A stretch of 36,420 bases of DNA from Octopus bimaculoides (Eukaryota): NCBI RefSeq assembly GCF_001194135.2, contig NC_068989.1, positions 41,861,754 to 41,898,173 on the forward strand. The letters are read 5' to 3'. Within the stretch, counting starts at the first letter, position 1. Every line of letters starts with the position of its first letter. Below are positions 33,520 to 36,420 of the stretch, piece after piece. The notes below the pieces were generated by a model. That model did no database searches. It was given only the letters and a program-made list of their open reading frames with translations, and was not told where the DNA came from. A program made the position numbers and the translations under genes.

Positions 33520-33834
33520 GGGTGGAGAGAAAATAAAAAATTGTAAAAACTGAAAATTCCTGAGGGCTAAAATGTTGCTACATCTGATTACTAGAAAAAT
33601 GCAAAATTTTTGCTGAGATCAATCAAGGCCATTTACTCCCTCAAGCTTCCTAAACTCCAAAAATGGGGCATTTTTGAAATTTTTTTACAATAGCGAAGTT
33701 TGTGGGATTTGAGGGAGTAAATGCTCTTGACTGATCTAAGCAAAAATTTAGCATTTTTCTAGTAATAATATATAGCAAGATTTTAGGCCTCAAGTATTTT
33801 CAATTTCTATAATTTTTTTGTTTTCACTCCATCC
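33520..33834 (+). mobile_element. Foldback MITE with long TIRs and TA target duplication (copy 1)
   Basis: TA-gggtggagagaaaa ... ttttcactccatcc-TA; arms of roughly 120 bp are complementary with mismatches. Confidence 0.85.
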
Positions 33835-33879
33835 TAACACACATTTGTGTGTGTGCGGTTATATAAAGTGTGTAATCTA

Positions 33880-34200
33880 GGGTGGAGTGAAAATTATAAA
33901 AAAATTGTGGAAATTGAAAATGGCTGGAGTCTGAAATCTTCCTATATATTATTAGAAAAATGCTAAATTTTCGCTTAGATCAGTCGAGGGCATTTACTAC
34001 CTAAAACCCCACAAACTCCGTTATTGTAAGCTATTTACAAAAATCCCCCATTTTCGGATTTGGGGGGGGGGGCTTGAGGGAGTAAATATCCTTAATTGAT
34101 CTCAGCAAAAATTTGGCATTTTTCTAGTAATCAAAGATAGCAATATTTTAGTTCTCAGGCATTTTTAATTTCTATAATTTTTTTTATATTCACTCCACCC
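33880..34200 (-). mobile_element. Foldback MITE, same family, inverted orientation (copy 2)
   Basis: TA-gggtggagtgaaaa ... tattcactccaccc-TA; the non-TIR centre is the reverse complement of the copy 1 centre. Confidence 0.85.
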
Positions 34201-34783
34201 TAACAGACACTGTTTCAGTCCGTTCGAACAAACTTGATGTAACAGCTAAAGTGAGAAAGAGATGTACTTGTACTGACGTAGTACTCGCTTTCAGCTGAGT
34301 AGAAGGAGCAACACAAAATAAAATATCTCGCTCAGGAATGAAATCACGGCCTCATGATTGTGAGACTAACAACCTAATTAGAAGAAAATCCCTCTTGGAA
34401 CATCTACTGGGTGCTACTAAATGTTGGTCTAAAAATACAAATTTTGATAGCAGAGTATTCATTTATTTTCTGATCGACTTTTGTTTTATGATGACTTAAT
34501 CCTTTCTTGTTATTAAAGTTTCATCTGCTATGTTTTTGTTCGCTGATGTTGCATGTTTTTTTCAGGTCTTGCATTATACCATAAACGAAAATTAATTAAA
34601 TTAAAGTTGGAAAATTAAATTGCTAGAATAAAATCAATGCCTTTCTTTGATGATTCTGGTTTGGTTTCAAAATAGGTCAAGCACAATTGAAAAAGAAAGA
34701 CAGAAACTGTATCGATGAACCGCATAGCTACAACAATGCATAAGGAACTGCATAGTACGTCCACATAAATACTTACTTCTACT

Positions 34784-35858
34784 ATACATACATACATACA
34801 TACACAGTAGCTGCTTTCTCGTAAAGCCATTGCTAGAAAGAATCATGGATATGAGTCACTGATGATGCAATGTGAGGCACTTGTATGACTCTTGAGCCTG
34901 GCCAAAGATTTGCACATTCTATTGCATAATGAACAGCTGTGCTGGCTGACAGAGGGAACAGGTACCACAGTATGAATTCTTTTGACATGCCTTTTCAATC
35001 CTCCAACTGAAAGGCACACCTTTCCACAGGTTGCACATGTTCTGTTGTGAACAACAGTCTTATCACAATTTACAAGGGACTGATTTCTGTGAGTTCTCTG
35101 ATGGTTGACCAGGCTTGCATGATTCAAGCATTTCCTCCCACAAATCACACACACAAAATGCAACACTCCCCATTTTCCACAGGTTCATTCTTTCTAAGCC
35201 TTCTCTTGATATTCTCGTGCTTCATTTTCTCTTTCGAACTTCGAACAACCGCTGTGCATTCTTTTCCTTCATCCAGTTCGGTCTCGTGCCTTCCTGTCCC
35301 AATCAACATCTGAAACTCCTGTCTGTATCAGAGCAATTCTGAGTCAGTCATTGAACCCCATTTTAGGTTTATGTGCTGGCTTCCTACCATCTTCCAGCTC
35401 ATCATACAAAAATTGCTTAGGAAGTCTTTCATCATTCATTCTCACCAGATGTCCACTCTACCTCAAACTACTTCGCTGAATCATTGATTCTACACTCCTA
35501 CTGCCACTTCTCTCAAGTGCCTGTACTTCACTGATGGCCATTTTCCAATTTATCCCAAGTATGTTCCTAAGACAATATTGATGATATCGTTCCAAATGCC
35601 TTAAATGCCTACGATAAACAACCCATGTCTCATTTCCATATTGCATCGATGACAGAACACGTGCTATAAACCCTAACTTTAATTTGGAAAGATATACTAT
35701 GGCGTGACCAGAGACGCTTGTCAAGCCTACCAAAGGCACTACAAGTCTTGCTGGTTCTATACGAAATTTCATCATCAAGACCAGTAATGCTCAAAGTACT
35801 TCCTAAAGAAATGAATTTAGTTACAACTTCCAGCCTTTGTCCATACACAGTTATAATG
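34784..35858 (-). mobile_element. 5'-truncated RTE (BovB-like) LINE: RT C-terminus, three C2H2 zinc fingers, short 3'UTR and (TATG)n tail
   Basis: Translations LEVVTKFISLGSTL, AFGRLDKRLW, YGNETWVVYRRHLRHLERYHQYCLRNIL, LR*SGHLVRMNDERLPKQFLY, ARDRTG*, then three CX2CX12HX3-4H motifs in 35151-34870. Confidence 0.9.
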
Positions 35859-35861
35859 TGT

Positions 35862-35917
35862 ACATACATACACACATACGCATACATACATACATACATA
35901 CATACATACATACATAC
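35862..35917. repeat. (CATA)n microsatellite
   Basis: Direct reading. Confidence 0.95.
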
Positions 35918-36180
35918 ACTAAAGAATATGACAGTCGAATAAAGATAAGTTGGACCTCAGAACCCTCTGCATTCAATAAAACAGTGGCCCACAATGTGTT
36001 TGCAGTGCCAGCACTCATACAAACATTTGGGCTGTTTGATTGGACGCTTGCTGTGAGCCATTGATGTGAAAACCCGGAAAATACTAACAAGCACACATAA
36101 TTTCCACATAAACAGTGACCTCGACCTGAAACGAAAACAAGATAGCAGATGCTTAACATCGATCCAAAATGCATTATCAT
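35917..36180 (+). mobile_element. Fragment of an R4/Dong-like non-LTR retrotransposon (post-RT region)
   Basis: TKEYDSRIKISWTSEPSAFNKTVAHNVFAVPALIQTFGLFDWT, then after a frameshift IDVKTRKILTSTHNFHINSDLD..KQDSRCLTSIQ. This resembles the N..AVP...Y..G...W...D.KTRK.L....H...D.DRL..GGRGL pattern I recall for R4-clade elements. Confidence 0.65.
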
Positions 36181-36260
36181 TTAAATATATATGAGCATGT
36201 CTAGATATGCAACTATATGCATANNNNNNNNNNATACATACATACATACATACATACATA

Positions 36261-36420
36261 CACTAAAGAATATGACAGTCGAATAAAGATAAGTTGGACC
36301 TCAGAACCCTCTGCATTCAATAAAACAGTGGCCCACAATGTGTTTGCAGTGCCAGCACTCATACAAACATTTGGGCTGTTTGATTGGACGCTTGCTGTGA
36401 GCCATTGATGTGAAAACCCG
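36261..36420 (+). repeat. Exact duplicate of 35917-36076 after a 10-N gap
   Basis: 160 bp identical by eye at offset 344. Confidence 0.9.

Noticed and set aside
34843-35166. Host C2H2 zinc-finger gene
   Set aside because: In frame with decayed RTE RT sequence, followed by the element's tail, with no TGEKP linkers.
36261-36420. Apparent tandem duplication of the R4-like fragment
   Set aside because: Identical sequence on both sides of a 10-N placeholder gap, each after (CATA)n; most likely an unmerged contig overlap.

Overview
AT-rich, repeat-dominated eukaryotic DNA with six N-gaps (2524-2985, 3828-3837, 5965-6300, 10311-10868, 13863-13912, 36224-36233). The microsatellite load and SINE families look like an octopus (coleoid cephalopod) draft assembly; that assignment is my inference. 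I can support no complete protein-coding gene, and almost all long ORFs in the track are microsatellite or gap artefacts. The window holds several modular tRNA-derived SINE families (some in head-to-tail concatemers), RTE-type LINE fragments, older RT fossils, an R4/Dong-like fragment, hAT-type and TA-flanked MITEs with nested insertions, and simple repeats. Best leads: (1) a short dispersed repeat that folds into a minimal type I hammerhead ribozyme (6642-6760 +, second copy 2311-2434 -); (2) an RTE LINE whose ORF ends in three C2H2 zinc fingers and is bracketed by (TACA)n; (3) a 196-bp perfect palindrome that may be an assembly artefact; (4) an inverted pair of foldback MITEs. A few weak candidate exons are flagged at low confidence. 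SINE family letters A-D are my own working labels, and most element boundaries are approximate.
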